Assembly: GCA_963666485.2 (NCBI GenBank)
Contig: CAXXUO010000001.1
Location: 256,001 to 320,000 of the forward strand
Reading direction: 5' to 3'
Origin: Syntrophorhabdaceae bacterium
GTDB lineage: Bacteria > Desulfobacterota > Syntrophorhabdia > Syntrophorhabdales > Syntrophorhabdaceae
DNA: 64,000 nucleotides
Part shown: positions 31,901-43,369 of the stretch, piece by piece
Layout: each line of letters begins with the position of its first letter
Numbering within the stretch: position 1 is the stretch's first letter
The notes under the pieces: generated by a model
What the model was told of the DNA's origin: nothing
Databases searched by the model: none
What the model saw: only the letters and a program-made list of their open reading frames with translations
Position numbers and translations under genes: made by a program

Positions 31901-32016
31901 GCAGCCAGGTGCAAAAACCGCTTGCGATAGTCGTCGTGGGAGGCATGCTCATCGGGACATGCATCATACTTGTTATCGTACCCTTGCTTTTCAAGTATGT
32001 TCATATCAAGGACTAG
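28972..32016 (+). CDS. CzcA/CusA-family heavy-metal RND transporter
   Basis: IEAFPD, GAIDFGIIAD, QKPLAIVVVGG; 1014 aa. Confidence 0.9.
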   Translation: MRKWTVFVTRNSGLIIVLISTAFLMSLFVVRGLNIEAFPDPSPPMVQIVTIYEGKSAEEVERRITIPLETGLAGMRGMERISSTSLYGLSDVKCKFSYDIPYREARQEVLNRLADTQLPDGVNANIIASPMGEVMQYVFYGSNNLMELRTLQDWTVSRYLRTAQGVEDVASYGGFIKAYVVKVIPEDLIKYNLTLSQIIEALQKSNVSVGGRIVELGDQYYMVRGLGLIRDIKDIENNVVQYKNGKAILIKNIAEVSLGNIPRTGIVIYNRSDDVVMGNVMLRRGEKSIPSIQSLNQKVAELNEKILPKGITIKPYYERWELIRTVIVKVVETATSGILLVGITLFLFLGNFRAAILTALVIPISLAITLAVMAMSGDSANLLSIGAIDFGIIADIALVLSENYIRIARKQAGRKSPGDRLLVRAMTEVGSPIILLVLIIITAFIPIFTMKGAEKQIFSPMAKTYSYALFFTLLLTFTYLTASIHLFIEGREGKDLKFVDKMERYYSKIVSSLMANARRVLTITGCVIFAGFIVGYIVIGTQFLPKMDEGNIYIRVTFPYSIALTKTHENAKKVRDIIMQFDEIKTVAVRVGRPEDGTDATGPFNSEFFLGLKPYSKWKRGISKEQLEDELRTKLTRQFANATISVSQYMQDNLEEMTSGVKGENAVKIYGEDLIQLDKMAKDVKEKMEKIRDIKEVGVYRELGQPNLLIEINRENTASLGLNIQDVLDMISAALGGKIVNQVIEGEKNFALQVSFPYEYRNQPEKIASIPIVLPGGGIVPLSRVAHIHYDTGASFIYRENYRRYIPIKFNVDSGDLGGTVAKAKREVEKVQLPSGYFMEWSGMFNEMKAAFQRFYISIPIAIFLIIILLYIFYGNLRNVALTVVAPVCTVFGGLISLLVTGQSLSISSIVGFVSIIGISTFDTCIVINHYIEVYKEIRDKEKATFQTIKDKFRSILMVGLVASIGLLPAAISHGVGSQVQKPLAIVVVGGMLIGTCIILVIVPLLFKYVHIKD

Positions 32017-32043
32017 TGTGGGGAGATCCCAAAGGGGGCTGAC

Positions 32044-32274
32044 ATGGCACAATTTATCAGGATAAAGTCCTACGTCATCAATCTCGATACCCTGACGTAC
32101 ATCCGTATCGAGGACGAATGGATCGATTTCGGATTCGCCTTTCCGACAGAAAAGCCGGGCGGCCAGAATTTCGTACGGCTCGTCCGCGGCGTCAACCTGC
32201 AGGACCAGGAATTTTACGAGGTCAAAGAGTTCGTTCTTCAGCTGGTCGATCCGGACCGGGTGGTCCTGGTATAA
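32044..32274 (+). CDS. Small hypothetical protein
   Basis: GGGGG RBS-like, follows czcA, plausible codon usage. Confidence 0.6.
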   Translation: MAQFIRIKSYVINLDTLTYIRIEDEWIDFGFAFPTEKPGGQNFVRLVRGVNLQDQEFYEVKEFVLQLVDPDRVVLV

Positions 32275-32318
32275 AAACATGGCCCGCATAAACGCGGACA
32301 TGCATATTCAGACAACGT

Positions 32319-32699
32319 TCAGCGGCCGGCTTTGGTCAGGAGGTCAATGACGCGCCGCCCTTTTTCTGTTGGGATGATCCGCAGGTAAGCGCCGCGCCCC
32401 CCGCCGGGCACGTCATCAACACCTACCTCCAATTTCGCATACCCGTTCTTCTGCAACGCCTCAATGGGACCAAGTTGATTATTCTCAACGAGGCTCGCCT
32501 GGAGAAAATAGCTGTCGGAGGATGCATCGAGGAGCCATCGCAGGGAATTGAGATCGATATTCAGCACCTTCATTGCCTGTTGATTCAGCTGCATAACCGC
32601 CTTTGCATCAAGTTCATCGCCCTGTGCAGGATAAACTTGCCCTGCGAAAAGGGTGGCGATCAACACGAGGGCAGCTGCAAAAATGAACTTTTGTATCAT
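32319..32699 (-). CDS. Secreted hypothetical protein
   Basis: GGAG RBS, signal peptide. Confidence 0.6.
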   Translation of the reverse strand: MIQKFIFAAALVLIATLFAGQVYPAQGDELDAKAVMQLNQQAMKVLNIDLNSLRWLLDASSDSYFLQASLVENNQLGPIEALQKNGYAKLEVGVDDVPGGGRGAYLRIIPTEKGRRVIDLLTKAGR

Positions 32700-32721
32700 T
32701 GCTGTTCTCCGTGAATGAGGA

Positions 32722-32988
32722 CTACGGGCACGTCACCACCTGAAAACATCGTCTGCCATTTTTTGTGAAGCAGCATTTATGGCTCGCACCACAATCAGAA
32801 TCCCTTGTACAGGCGTCAGTCCCGGGAGGCCAGTCTGCCAAATTAATGAGTTTCTTTTCTGGTTGCATGGAACACGACTGGCCATTATCCTGCTTTCCCT
32901 CGTGCATCGCACAGGCGATGCCCAGGCTAAACGCCACGCAGCATACTGAAACGATCATTATTTTCAAAAAAGACGATTTCCAGGTCAT
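32722..32988 (-). CDS. Small secreted Cys-rich protein
   Basis: Signal peptide; C-terminal CTRDSDC..KCC..C..CP; coupled to the upstream gene. Confidence 0.6.
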   Translation of the reverse strand: MTWKSSFLKIMIVSVCCVAFSLGIACAMHEGKQDNGQSCSMQPEKKLINLADWPPGTDACTRDSDCGASHKCCFTKNGRRCFQVVTCP

Positions 32989-33485
32989 TATCTTCCCCCC
33001 AAGCGTACCGGGAGAATTCTGAGACCATCCCAGGATTGAGGATAAAACCGGGAATAGCCCCGGTCAAAGAAATAGAAAGCGAATTCCCCTCCCTGCCTCT
33101 CAGAACTCCAGGCGTAGCGGCACGTAAGCTTGATAAGATCCGTGGCGAGGTGCACCGGCGCTCCGCCGCACTCAACGTTCTGCAATTTCCTGCCATCATA
33201 TAGTGTCTCAAGTTCGGCTATCGTGGGCATGCGCCAATCCATATACCCGCCTGCCCGGAAATTCTCCGTAAAATTTTTGGCGTGAAACCAATTAATGTTT
33301 CCGCCATTGTCTTTTGCCGGCCACATGAGGTTTGTACGTGTGTCTAGCACGGTCCCGTCATCGTAGGCGATAAACCTGCCATCCTTTCCCATCACCGAAG
33401 CGCTGTATCCTGGAAGTGCGGCAACAAATACGGCAAAAACCACGATTAATACGGGCATTATCATTTTCCGCACGTTTTGTTTCAT
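32988..33485 (-). CDS. DUF1566 (Lcl C-terminal) secreted protein
   Basis: DGTVLDTRTNLMW, GYMDWRMPTIAEL motifs. Confidence 0.85.
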   Translation of the reverse strand: MKQNVRKMIMPVLIVVFAVFVAALPGYSASVMGKDGRFIAYDDGTVLDTRTNLMWPAKDNGGNINWFHAKNFTENFRAGGYMDWRMPTIAELETLYDGRKLQNVECGGAPVHLATDLIKLTCRYAWSSERQGGEFAFYFFDRGYSRFYPQSWDGLRILPVRLGGR

Positions 33486-33576
33486 AGGCTCCTTTTTTTA
33501 GGTATAATATGGTAATACGCTTTAAATAGCATAACGTAAAGAGAAAAACAATTCCCGACATTAATCGGAGACGGAC

Positions 33577-33930
33577 ATGAATAAACGCGGTTTCGTGCAT
33601 GTTGCCTGCATGGACGGGATGATACTCCTCGCGATACTGGGGATCATCGCGGCCATTGCCATTCCACAGATAGTCAATTTGAAAAACAGGCCCCTCAACC
33701 GGGAGGCGAAAGCGCAGGCGTACAAGGCATATGAAGCGGCGCAGGCGTACTTCCGGGTAAATCCGTCAGGTCAGCCGACAGAAAAGGACCTGGAAAAATT
33801 CGGCTATAAAGGCTCTCCCGATATCCTCGTCATGATCGAAGGGGGGAAAGGCAGCCTTCTGATACGGACCGAACACACGAAGGGCAGGAAAGTATACAGG
33901 ATAGACTACAAGGGCGAGCTATCGCAGTGA
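33577..33930 (+). CDS. Type IV pilin-like protein with a degenerate N-terminus
   Basis: KRG|F cleavage site, ILGIIAAIAIP; lacks Glu at +5. Confidence 0.65.
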   Translation: MNKRGFVHVACMDGMILLAILGIIAAIAIPQIVNLKNRPLNREAKAQAYKAYEAAQAYFRVNPSGQPTEKDLEKFGYKGSPDILVMIEGGKGSLLIRTEHTKGRKVYRIDYKGELSQ

Positions 33931-33942
33931 CCCGCCCGGACC

Positions 33943-35430
33943 TCATCGGGTTTTCAGGGCATTCGTGATATCGTCGCTCTTCCATCCCCCGCCGAGGGCT
34001 TTGATGAGAAGAACGCTGGCGGCCATCCGCCTACCGAGTATGTCTATTGCCACCCTTTCAGCATTCAACGCAGCCGCCTGGGCGACGACCACGTTCAGGT
34101 AGCTTACGGTCCCCTGTTCGTATTGATTAAGGGAAAATTCCAGCGATTTGCGTGCCGCGGCAAGGGCTTCGTCCTGCGCCTTCGATTCCTCCTCGAGGAT
34201 CCTGAGCGCCGCCACGTTGTCCTCGACCTCCTTGAAACCGGTAAGCACGGTCTGGCGGTACGAGGCAACCGCGGCATCGTAGGCCGCCCTCGACTGGTCG
34301 GTCAGGGCCCCTCTCAAACCGCCATCGAAAAGGGTCTCGCTGACAGCGGGGCCGACTGCCCAGTAGCGGCTTGGCCACGTAAGCCAGTTGGAGCTCTCGG
34401 TGCTTTCATAGCCGCCGGTCGCGCCGAGCGTGACCCGGGGAAAGTACGCTGACAGGGCCACGCCGATCTGCGCGTTTGCCGCCGCGACCCTGCGCTCCGC
34501 CGCCGCTATGTCGGGCCTGCGCTCGAGCAGGTCGGACGGCAGGCCGACAGGGACATCCGGAGGAGTAAATACAAGCTTCTTGACCGGCAGCGAAAAAGAC
34601 GATGCAATTTTCCCGGTCAGCACGGCAATGGCATGCTCCAGTTGAGCGCGCTGGACGCCGGTATCGATCGCCTGGGCTTTCGTCGTTTTCAGCTGGGTCT
34701 CGGCCTGCAACACGTCGGCGCGGGTAGCGACACCGCTTTCATACTGGTTCTTCGTCAATTGCAGCGATCTCTCGTACGCGGCGACCGTTGCATTGAGAAG
34801 TTCCCTTTGCATGTCCAGTATCCGCAGCTGGAAATACGCAACCGCAAGTTGCGACTGGCTGCTCAAACGGATCCCTTCGAGGTCTGCGGCGCTCGCTTCG
34901 GCCCCCGCCTTCGCGGCTTCCACGGTCCTCCTGATGCGGCCCCAGAGGTCAAATTCCCAGGAGACGGTGACGGGCAAGAGAAAATTGTTGTAGGGGGAAG
35001 CGGAGGCTCCGGATTCGGTGTTGTTGGCCGATCTCTGAAGACGCGTCACTGACGCCCCGGCCGTGATCGTCGGGAAATATGCCGACTGCGCAGCCTGGAT
35101 GAGGGAGCGCGCCTGCCGGAACTGGGCCTCGGCCGCGATCACGGTCTGGTTGGAAACGTTCACCTCGCCGGCAAGGGTATTCAAGTCGTGATCCCCGAAT
35201 ACCTCCCACCAGGGGCCCCGGGCGATCGCGTCGCGCGGCTGCGCAACCTTCCAGCCGTCGATCTCTTTGTATGTTTCCGGCACGGACATCGTCGGCCGCA
35301 CGTAATTCGGGCCGACCGAGCAGGCCGCGAGAACGGCTGCAGCGATCACCGCAAGACAAAAGCGGGAGGTGCGGAACGTATCATTCGCCTTTTTTATTGC
35401 CGCCAGTATACCCATTCGATCAGATATCAT
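33943..35430 (-). CDS. NodT/OprM-family outer membrane efflux lipoprotein
   Basis: LAAC lipobox, WEFDLWG, LLERRPDI, KALGGGW. Confidence 0.93.
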   Translation of the reverse strand: MISDRMGILAAIKKANDTFRTSRFCLAVIAAAVLAACSVGPNYVRPTMSVPETYKEIDGWKVAQPRDAIARGPWWEVFGDHDLNTLAGEVNVSNQTVIAAEAQFRQARSLIQAAQSAYFPTITAGASVTRLQRSANNTESGASASPYNNFLLPVTVSWEFDLWGRIRRTVEAAKAGAEASAADLEGIRLSSQSQLAVAYFQLRILDMQRELLNATVAAYERSLQLTKNQYESGVATRADVLQAETQLKTTKAQAIDTGVQRAQLEHAIAVLTGKIASSFSLPVKKLVFTPPDVPVGLPSDLLERRPDIAAAERRVAAANAQIGVALSAYFPRVTLGATGGYESTESSNWLTWPSRYWAVGPAVSETLFDGGLRGALTDQSRAAYDAAVASYRQTVLTGFKEVEDNVAALRILEEESKAQDEALAAARKSLEFSLNQYEQGTVSYLNVVVAQAAALNAERVAIDILGRRMAASVLLIKALGGGWKSDDITNALKTR

Positions 35431-35438
35431 AGTCTACC

Positions 35439-38400
35439 TCAGGCTTCCGGTTCCATGTATATATTTTTCATGCCGCTTCTCTTGCTCTTGCACCACAACC
35501 TGAACCGGTCGAGGTACAGGTACATGACGGGCGTCGTGTAGAGGGTCAGCATCTGGCTGATGACGAGCCCCCCGACGATCGTGACCCCTAAGGGACGCCT
35601 CAGTTCGGAGCCGACCCCGAACCCCAGTGCCAGGGGCAGCGCCCCGAGGAGCGCGGCCATCGTGGTCATCATGATGGGGCGGAAACGCAAAAGGCACGCT
35701 TCATAGATCGCCTCTTCGGGCCCTTTTCCCTGGCTGCGCTCTGCCTCGAGGGCAAAATCGACCATCATGATGCCGTTCTTTTTCACGAGACCGATGAGCA
35801 GGAAAAGACCGATGAGCCCGATAAGGTTCAGCTCCATGCGAAAGATGATGAGCGCGAGCAGTGCCCCGACGCCTGCCGAAGGCAGCGTCGTCAGGATGGT
35901 AATGGGGTGCACGTAGCTTTCATACAGAATGCCGAGAACGATATAGACGGTCAGGATGGCGGAGAGGATGAGAAGAGGCTGGTTGGCAGCGGCATCCTTG
36001 AACGCCTGGGCGGTGCCGGAAAAGCTGCCTCGGATCCCTGCCGGGAAATTCATCTCCTGTTTCGCTTTCTCTATGGAGGCGACCGCATTCCCGAGCGGTA
36101 TTCCCGGCGCAAGATTAAAGGAGACCGTAACGGACGGGAATTGCCCCTGGTGGGCGACGGCGAGCGACGTCGCGGTCCGCTCGAATTTCGCAAAACTGCT
36201 GAGCGGGACCATCTTGCCGGTCGTCGATTTTATGTAGATCTCCTTCAATGAGTCCGGGTTCTGCCAGAAACGCGGGTCGACGACCATCACGACACGGTAC
36301 TGGTTGAGGAGCGTGTAAATGATGGAGACCTGCCTCTGGCCGAAGGCGTCGTAGAGGGTGTTGTCGATCATGGCGGCAGTAATGCCGAGGCGTGAGGCCG
36401 TGTCCCGGTCGATCGTCAGCATGGCCTGCAGCCCCTTTGTCTGCTGGTCGCTGTTCACGTCGACGATCTCCGGCAGAGAGCGCATCATCTGCACAAGGGG
36501 CGGCCCCCAGTCATAGAGCACCGAGATGTCGGATGCCTGGAGCGTGTACTGGTACAGTGCGGCGCCTGCCCGTCCCCCGATGCGCAGGTCCTGCACGGAC
36601 TGGAGATACGTGGGTGCCCCCGGAAGCCCGGCAAGTTTTTTCCTAAGCCGCGACATGGTCTCGGTCAGGCTGCTTTTGCGCTTTTCAAAAGGCTTCAACG
36701 TGATAAAAAGGTTCGCGGTGTTGGCCGCCCCCGCCCCGCGGCCGCTGCCGCCCGTGAAGCCGGTCACGTACTCCACTTCAGGGTCTTCCTTTACTATGTT
36801 GACCACGGTAGACAATTTTTCCTTCATGCTCTGGAAAGAGACATCCTGTTCGGCCTGGATCGTACCGCGCAGCCGGCCGGTGTCCGTCTCCGGGAAGAAC
36901 CCCTTGGGAACGACAATGAAGAGAAACACGTTAACAGCGAAGGTGCCCATCATGATCACGAACATGAGGCGCGAGTGGCGCAGCGCCCACCGGAGGGTCA
37001 CATCGTAGAGGTCCCTCATCCTGTTGAAAATCCCTTCGCTCATCCTGTAAACCCAGTGATGCGCATGGGTCCTCTCCGATCTCAGGAACACGGCGCACAT
37101 CATCGGTGTCGTCGTGAGCGATATGACGAGTGAGATCATGATGGCGGTCGACAAGGTCACGGCAAATTCCCGGAACAGGCGGCCCACCATACCGCCCATG
37201 AGAAGGATGGGTATGAACACGGCGACGAGGGACAAGCTCATAGAGACGACTGTGAACGCTATCTCCCTCGACCCGCGCAGCGCTGCGTCCCGGGGAGAGA
37301 GTCCTTTTTCCATATAACGCGTGATGTTCTCCAGGACAACAATGGCATCGTCCACCACGAACCCGGTAGCGATCGTCAGGGCCATCAGGGAAAGGTTGTC
37401 GAGGTTGTACCCCATGAGGTACATCACCCCGAACGTGCCGACGAGCGACACGCCGACTGCGACGGCGGGGATAATGGTGGAGCGGACATGCCGTAAGAAC
37501 CCGAACACAACGAGAATAACGAGCGCTGCGGAGAGAAGAAGCGCATGCTCGACGTCTTTCAGCGAACCTCGAATAGGCGGCGTACGGTCCTGTACAACGG
37601 AAAGTCTCGTGCCGCCCGGTAGAGACGCCGTCATCTGGGGCAGGAGCTCGCGGACACGGTCCACCGTCTCGATTATGTTTGCCCCCGGCTGGCGGAAGAC
37701 TATCACCGAGACCGACGGTTTCCCGTTCATAAGGCCCATCGTGTTGATGTCTTCGACCGAATCCTGCACGTTGGCCACATCGGTGAGCCGGACCGCCGCC
37801 CCCGACCGGTAGGTCACGATCACATCCCGGTACTCGGCGGCCTTGCGCAGCTGATCGTTGGCCGTGACCTCCCAGGTCCTCGTAGCATCCGAAACCTGCC
37901 CTTTCGGCCTGTTGACATTGGTCGATGTAAGGACGCCGCGCACGTCCTCGAGGCTAATCGCATATTTGTTCAATGCCTCGGGGTTGATCTCCGCGCGGAC
38001 GGCCGGCAGCGAACCGCCCCCGACAAACACCTGGCCCACCCCCTTCACCTGGGCCAATTTCTGCTGAAGTATGGTGGATGCGGCATCGTACAGCTGGGGC
38101 ACACCCATCACGTCAGACTGGAGGGAGATGAGAAGAATAGGCGCATCAGCCGGGTTGACCTTACGGTATGTCGGGTTGTTAGGAAGGTTTGGCGGGAGGA
38201 ATCCCCTGGCCGCATTGATGGCCGCCTGCACATCTCGCGCCGCCCCGTCAATATTGCGATCGAGGTCGAACTGGAGCGTGATGTTCGTGGTGCCGCGGAA
38301 GCTGGTCGATGTCATCTCCGTCACGCCGGCTATCCTCCCGAACTGTCGTTCGAGGGGCGCCGCAACCGAGGTGGCCATGGTCTCAGGGTCGGCCCCCGGA

Positions 38401-38552
38401 AGGCCTGCGGAAACCTGGATCGTCGGAAAGTCAACTTGCGGCAGCGGCGCGACGGGCAGCAGCCGGAAGGAGACCACGCCCGAAAGCACTATGCCGAGAG
38501 TAATAAGGGCTGTGGCAACGGGCCTGCGGATGAATGTTGCCGAGAAATTCAT
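35439..38552 (-). CDS. mdtC: MdtC-like RND transporter
   Basis: [31 protein letters not shown]; second of a paired RND. Confidence 0.88.
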   Translation of the reverse strand: MNFSATFIRRPVATALITLGIVLSGVVSFRLLPVAPLPQVDFPTIQVSAGLPGADPETMATSVAAPLERQFGRIAGVTEMTSTSFRGTTNITLQFDLDRNIDGAARDVQAAINAARGFLPPNLPNNPTYRKVNPADAPILLISLQSDVMGVPQLYDAASTILQQKLAQVKGVGQVFVGGGSLPAVRAEINPEALNKYAISLEDVRGVLTSTNVNRPKGQVSDATRTWEVTANDQLRKAAEYRDVIVTYRSGAAVRLTDVANVQDSVEDINTMGLMNGKPSVSVIVFRQPGANIIETVDRVRELLPQMTASLPGGTRLSVVQDRTPPIRGSLKDVEHALLLSAALVILVVFGFLRHVRSTIIPAVAVGVSLVGTFGVMYLMGYNLDNLSLMALTIATGFVVDDAIVVLENITRYMEKGLSPRDAALRGSREIAFTVVSMSLSLVAVFIPILLMGGMVGRLFREFAVTLSTAIMISLVISLTTTPMMCAVFLRSERTHAHHWVYRMSEGIFNRMRDLYDVTLRWALRHSRLMFVIMMGTFAVNVFLFIVVPKGFFPETDTGRLRGTIQAEQDVSFQSMKEKLSTVVNIVKEDPEVEYVTGFTGGSGRGAGAANTANLFITLKPFEKRKSSLTETMSRLRKKLAGLPGAPTYLQSVQDLRIGGRAGAALYQYTLQASDISVLYDWGPPLVQMMRSLPEIVDVNSDQQTKGLQAMLTIDRDTASRLGITAAMIDNTLYDAFGQRQVSIIYTLLNQYRVVMVVDPRFWQNPDSLKEIYIKSTTGKMVPLSSFAKFERTATSLAVAHQGQFPSVTVSFNLAPGIPLGNAVASIEKAKQEMNFPAGIRGSFSGTAQAFKDAAANQPLLILSAILTVYIVLGILYESYVHPITILTTLPSAGVGALLALIIFRMELNLIGLIGLFLLIGLVKKNGIMMVDFALEAERSQGKGPEEAIYEACLLRFRPIMMTTMAALLGALPLALGFGVGSELRRPLGVTIVGGLVISQMLTLYTTPVMYLYLDRFRLWCKSKRSGMKNIYMEPEA

Positions 38553-41500
38553 GGAAGGCCGGCACCCCTGCCGTCATCGCCCGATCTCTTCAGGCGCCAG
38601 TCGGCCAGTCTTCTTGCCGCGCGGTCAAACGCGAGGTAGATGACCGGGGTTGTATAAAGGGTCAGGACCTGGCTGATAACGAGCCCGCCTATGATCGTGA
38701 TGCCGAGCGGGCGGCGCAGTTCGGACCCGACCCCTGTCCCGAGGGCGAGCGGCAGGGCCCCGAGCAGTGCGGCGAGCGTCGTCATCATGATGGGGCGGAA
38801 CCTTAAGAGGGAGGCCTGGTAGATCGCTTCCCGGGGGGTCTTCCCCTCGGTGCGCTCCGCATCGAGGGCAAAGTCCACCATCATGATGCCGTTCTTCTTC
38901 ACGATGCCGATGAGCAGGATGACCCCGATCAGGGCAATGACGCTGAACTCGGACCGGCAGGCCATGAGCGCAAGGATCGCCCCCACGCCGGCCGACGGCA
39001 GGGTGGAGAGGATAGTGATCGGGTGAATATAGCTTTCATACAGTATGCCGAGGACGATATAGACGGTAACGAGGGCGGCAAGAATGAGAAAGGGCTCGTT
39101 CTCGAGGGAGACCCGGAAAGCCTGGGCCGTACCCTGGAAACTCCCCCGTATGCTCGCCGGAAAATTCATCTTTTTTTCCGCGGACTCTATGGCATCGACC
39201 GCGTGCCCGAGGGCCGCCCGGGGCGCAAGGTTAAAGGAGACGGTCGCCGCCGGGAACTGTCCCTGCCGGCTGATAACGAGAGGCCCCGTCGTCTCCGAGG
39301 TCTTGATGAAAGCCCCGAGGGGCACCTGTCCGCCGTTTATGCCCCGGACGTAAATATTACGCAGGGCCTCCGGTCCCTTCTGGAATTCGGGTTTCGCGGC
39401 CAGCACCACACGGTACTGATTGAGCTGGGTAAAGATCGTTGAAACCTGCCGCTGGCCGAATGCATCGTACAGCGCGTCATCGATCACCTGGGGGGTGACA
39501 CCGAGCCGCGAGGCCGTGGTGCGGTCGAATTCGACGAAAAGCTGAAGCCCTTTGTCCTGCTGGTCACTGCTCACATCGCGAAGGTAAGGGTTTGTCCGCA
39601 GGGATTCGACGAGCTTCGGGGTCAGCGTGTTCAGTTCTTCAAGGTCCGGGTCCTCGAGCGTGTACTGGTACTGGGTGCGGGTAACGCGCGCATCGACCGT
39701 CAGGTCCTGCACCGGCTGCATGAAGAGGGTTATCCCGTCCACCTTCTCCAGTTCCGGCTGAAGGCGCCTGATCACGTCACTTGCGCTTCCGTTCCTTTTC
39801 GAGAGAGGCTTGAGATTTATGAGGATCCGGCCGCTGTTGAGCGTCACATTCGTGCCGTCGACCCCGATGAACGACGAGAGGCTTTCGACCGCCGGGTCTT
39901 GCAGGACCACGCGGGCAAGCGCCTGCTGGCGTTCGGCCATTGCCGCGAAAGATATCGACTGCGGCGCCTCCGAGATCCCCTGGATGACCCCCGTGTCCTG
40001 CACCGGGAAGAAGCCTTTCGGTACAAAATAGAAGAGGAGGAGCGTAAAGACCAGCGTGCCGAGGGCAACCCAGAGGGTGGCCTTCTGCCTCTCCAGCACC
40101 CAGGTCAGCGTCCTGGCGTAGAATGCGATCACGCGGTCGAGGTATTCCTGTGACAACCGGTGAAACCGGCCCTGCCGGGCCTCTTCTTCATGTTTGAGCA
40201 GTTTTGCGCACATCATGGGTGTCAGCGTGAGGGACACGACGGCAGAGATAACGATCGTAACACCCAGCGTTATCGCGAATTCCCTGAACAGGCGCCCGAC
40301 CACGTCCCCCATGAACAGGAGGGGAATGAGAACGGCGACGAGGGAAACGGTGAGGGACAGGATGGTGAACCCGATCTGCTTCGAGCCTTTGAGCGCCGCC
40401 TCGAGCGGGGAATCGCCGGCTTCGATATACCTGGCGACGTTCTCGATCATGACGATGGCGTCATCGACGACAAAACCGGTCGAAATGGTGAGCGCCATCA
40501 GGGAGAGGTTGTTGAGGCTGAACCCCAGGAGATACATGGCGCCGAAGCTTCCGACAAGCGACAGCGGGACCGCCACGCTGGGGATGATCGTCGCCGGGAT
40601 GTTGCGTAGAAAGAGGAACATGACCATGACAACGAGGACCACGGCAAGGATCATCTCGAACTGCACGTCATGGACCGATGCCCGGATCGTGGTGGTCCGG
40701 TCCGTCAGGACGGAAACCTTTACGGACGGCGGCAGCGTCCCTTCGAGTACCGGGAGCACCTTCTTGATCTGGTCGACAACCTGGATGACGTTGGCCCCCG
40801 GCTGCCTCTGTATGTTGACGATTATGGCAGGGGAGCCGTCCTTCCAGGCCGCCTGCTTGACATTCTCGGCATCGTCGATGGCATCGGCGACATCGGACAA
40901 TCTCACAGGGGCGCCGTTGCGATAGGCGACGACCAGTTCCCTGTATTGCTTGCTTGAATAGAGCTGGTCGTTGGCCCCGATGATGTAGGACACCCGCGGG
41001 CCGTCAAAACCGCCCTTCGCCTGGTTGACGTTCGCGGCTGCAATCGCGGCCCTAAGGTCCTCGAGTGTCAGTCCGTACGCGGCAAGCGCCGTGGGGTTGG
41101 CATGCACCCGTACCGCCGGCCTCTGACCGCCGCTCAAGCTGACGAGCCCGACCCCGGGAAGCTGCGAGATCTTTTGCGCAAACCGCGTGTCAGCAAGGTC
41201 CTCCACCTGTGCGAGCGGCATCGTCTCCGATGTCAGGGCGAGCGTCAGGATCGGCGCATCTGCCGGATTCACTTTACTGTATACCGGCGGGATCGGAAGG
41301 TCCCGGGGCAGGTAGGTAAACGACGCGTTTATGGCCGCCTGCACCTGCTGTTCGGCGACGTCGAGGCTCAGGTCCAGGGTAAACTGGAGCGTTATGATCG
41401 AACTGCCGCTCGAACTTGTCGATGTCATCTGCGTCAAGCCCGGCATCTGCCCGAACTGGCGCTCGAGAGGGGCCGTTACGGAAGACGCGATAACATCGGG

Positions 41501-41665
41501 GCTTCCGCCCGGGTAAAATGTCCTTACCTGGATGGTGGGGTAATCCACCTGGGGGAGTGCTGAGACCGACAGCTGCTTGTACGCCACCGCGCCGCTTAAG
41601 AACAGCGCCACCATGAGCAGCGTCGTCGCCACGGGCCGGATGATGAAAATACGGGAGATGTTCAT
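38549..41665 (-). CDS. mdtB: MdtB-like RND transporter
   Basis: [26 protein letters not shown]. Confidence 0.88.
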   Translation of the reverse strand: MNISRIFIIRPVATTLLMVALFLSGAVAYKQLSVSALPQVDYPTIQVRTFYPGGSPDVIASSVTAPLERQFGQMPGLTQMTSTSSSGSSIITLQFTLDLSLDVAEQQVQAAINASFTYLPRDLPIPPVYSKVNPADAPILTLALTSETMPLAQVEDLADTRFAQKISQLPGVGLVSLSGGQRPAVRVHANPTALAAYGLTLEDLRAAIAAANVNQAKGGFDGPRVSYIIGANDQLYSSKQYRELVVAYRNGAPVRLSDVADAIDDAENVKQAAWKDGSPAIIVNIQRQPGANVIQVVDQIKKVLPVLEGTLPPSVKVSVLTDRTTTIRASVHDVQFEMILAVVLVVMVMFLFLRNIPATIIPSVAVPLSLVGSFGAMYLLGFSLNNLSLMALTISTGFVVDDAIVMIENVARYIEAGDSPLEAALKGSKQIGFTILSLTVSLVAVLIPLLFMGDVVGRLFREFAITLGVTIVISAVVSLTLTPMMCAKLLKHEEEARQGRFHRLSQEYLDRVIAFYARTLTWVLERQKATLWVALGTLVFTLLLFYFVPKGFFPVQDTGVIQGISEAPQSISFAAMAERQQALARVVLQDPAVESLSSFIGVDGTNVTLNSGRILINLKPLSKRNGSASDVIRRLQPELEKVDGITLFMQPVQDLTVDARVTRTQYQYTLEDPDLEELNTLTPKLVESLRTNPYLRDVSSDQQDKGLQLFVEFDRTTASRLGVTPQVIDDALYDAFGQRQVSTIFTQLNQYRVVLAAKPEFQKGPEALRNIYVRGINGGQVPLGAFIKTSETTGPLVISRQGQFPAATVSFNLAPRAALGHAVDAIESAEKKMNFPASIRGSFQGTAQAFRVSLENEPFLILAALVTVYIVLGILYESYIHPITILSTLPSAGVGAILALMACRSEFSVIALIGVILLIGIVKKNGIMMVDFALDAERTEGKTPREAIYQASLLRFRPIMMTTLAALLGALPLALGTGVGSELRRPLGITIIGGLVISQVLTLYTTPVIYLAFDRAARRLADWRLKRSGDDGRGAGLP

Positions 41666-43011
41666 CAACGCCCCTTTCGGGGTGTTTCCGCAGCCGCAGG
41701 CTTCGGTGTTTCCTTTGGTGCCTCCCTGGTTCCTTCCCGGGGTGCCTGCGCCGCCGCGGGCTTGGGTATTTCCTTCGGCCCTTCCTTTGCTCCTTCCCGG
41801 GGTGCACGGGCCGTTGCATTCTTCGGCGCTACTTTCGTTCCTTCAACGAGCCTTTCGGCCCCATCCGTCACGACCTGTTCGCCCGGGGCGATCCCGGTTT
41901 TGATCGAGGCGTCCTCACCCTGTATATCGTCGACAACGACCTTGCGGGCCGTGACCGTCCGGTCCTCTTTCATGACATAGATAAACGTCCCCTGGGGCCC
42001 CCGCCTGATCGCGGAAGACGGCACGATGGTGGCCCCGGCGCGAACGTCGACCAGCAGTTTCGCGTTGACGAACTGGTTCGGGAACAGCTCGTTTTCCTTA
42101 TTGGCAAAAACCGCCTTGAGCTTGACCGTTCCCGTTCCCGTGTCTATCTGGTTGTCTATCGTCTGCAACTGGCCTGTTGCCAGTTTTTCCTTCTGTTCGC
42201 GGTCATAGGCGTCGACAGGCATGGCGGTTCCCGTTTTGAACCTTCGCAGCACCTGCTGAAGGCTGTCCTCGGTGACGGGGAATACCACGGTCATCGGCTG
42301 GAGCTGGGTAATCACCATGAGCCCGTTCGTATCGCTGGCACGGACCATGTTCCCCGGGTCAACGAGGCGAAGGCCGACGCGCCCGGCGATCGGCGATGTT
42401 ATACGGCAATAGACGAGCTGCAGCTTCGCATTGTCGACGAGCCCCTGGTCGACCTTTACCGCGCCCTCATACTGCTTGACCAATGCCGTCTGCGTATCGA
42501 GTTGCTGCTTTGAGATCGAGTCCTTCTGCCAGAGCACCTTGTAGCGCTCGAGGTCAACGCGCGCGTTGGCAAGCAGTGCCAGATCACGGGCCAGCTGGCC
42601 TTCCGCCTGTTCGAGCTGCACCTTGAAGGGCCTCGTATCGATCATGACGAGGAGGTCCCCCTTCTTCACAACCTGCCCCTCTTTGTAATGGACCTCCATG
42701 AGCTGCCCGTCCACGCGGCTGCGCACAGTCACCGTATTTATCGGTGTCACTGTGCCGAGGCCGTTCACGTAAACGTAAAAGTCCCCCTTGCGTGCCGGGG
42801 AGATCGTAACCGGCATGACGCGTCCCTGGTTGCTGTTTGCTTTTTTGGCGGCACTCGCCCTGTCCATGGCCGGTTTTACGAAAACGATGTACACCAATAC
42901 AAGAATGGCGCACCCTATCCCCAGTGCGATCCATCGGTGCTTCCTCAAAGCGTTGAAAAAGACCTGGCCACGGCCGCCGCCGGTGCCTTTCCCGCTTTGT
43001 TCGTTTTCCAT
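41665..43011 (-). CDS. mdtA: MdtA-like RND adaptor
   Basis: [18 protein letters not shown]-terminal 20-aa tandem repeat; start 43011 or 43035. Confidence 0.88.
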   Translation of the reverse strand: MENEQSGKGTGGGRGQVFFNALRKHRWIALGIGCAILVLVYIVFVKPAMDRASAAKKANSNQGRVMPVTISPARKGDFYVYVNGLGTVTPINTVTVRSRVDGQLMEVHYKEGQVVKKGDLLVMIDTRPFKVQLEQAEGQLARDLALLANARVDLERYKVLWQKDSISKQQLDTQTALVKQYEGAVKVDQGLVDNAKLQLVYCRITSPIAGRVGLRLVDPGNMVRASDTNGLMVITQLQPMTVVFPVTEDSLQQVLRRFKTGTAMPVDAYDREQKEKLATGQLQTIDNQIDTGTGTVKLKAVFANKENELFPNQFVNAKLLVDVRAGATIVPSSAIRRGPQGTFIYVMKEDRTVTARKVVVDDIQGEDASIKTGIAPGEQVVTDGAERLVEGTKVAPKNATARAPREGAKEGPKEIPKPAAAQAPREGTREAPKETPKPAAAETPRKGR

Positions 43012-43123
43012 AGGTCCTGCCTCCTCACGCTGCACGCATCGGGCATGGGACGTGCGTGATGCCGGCCTTCCCTGCCATCCTCGAAATTCTCTTATTTTAA
43101 ACGCAACTGTATATTAAAATCCT

Positions 43124-43139
43124 TGCAATATACATACCT
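43124..43139 (-). promoter_or_regulatory. Candidate sigma54 promoter for mdtABC
   Basis: Minus strand AGGTATGTATATTGCA: GG(-24)-N10-GC(-12) with TTGCA. Confidence 0.5.
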
Positions 43140-43214
43140 TGTACGACAATTATCACATCAGGTCAACAAAAGCTTTAAAACATGCCGGATTGGTTAAAGA
43201 AAAAGCGTACACTT

Positions 43215-43260
43215 CGACAAAATTGTCGTCTGGAATGCGCTTAGAATGACAAAATTGTCG
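43215..43260. promoter_or_regulatory. Two palindromic operator boxes YGACAAAATTGTCG
   Basis: Copies at 43215-43228 and 43247-43260, 32 bp apart. Confidence 0.6.
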
Positions 43261-43369
43261 GCAGGGAGATGCGATCCTCTGACAGCGTTATAAGAAATGA
43301 TGACAGATGATGTACCAGCTCAGGAGGCGTGCCGGTTTATTGAATTTTCTTGAGAATGTCCTGTCGACA

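Noticed and set aside
41686..41806. 60-bp tandem repeat in mdtA (also the APKAPE repeats in dsbC)
   Set aside because: In-frame low-complexity tails; ordinary
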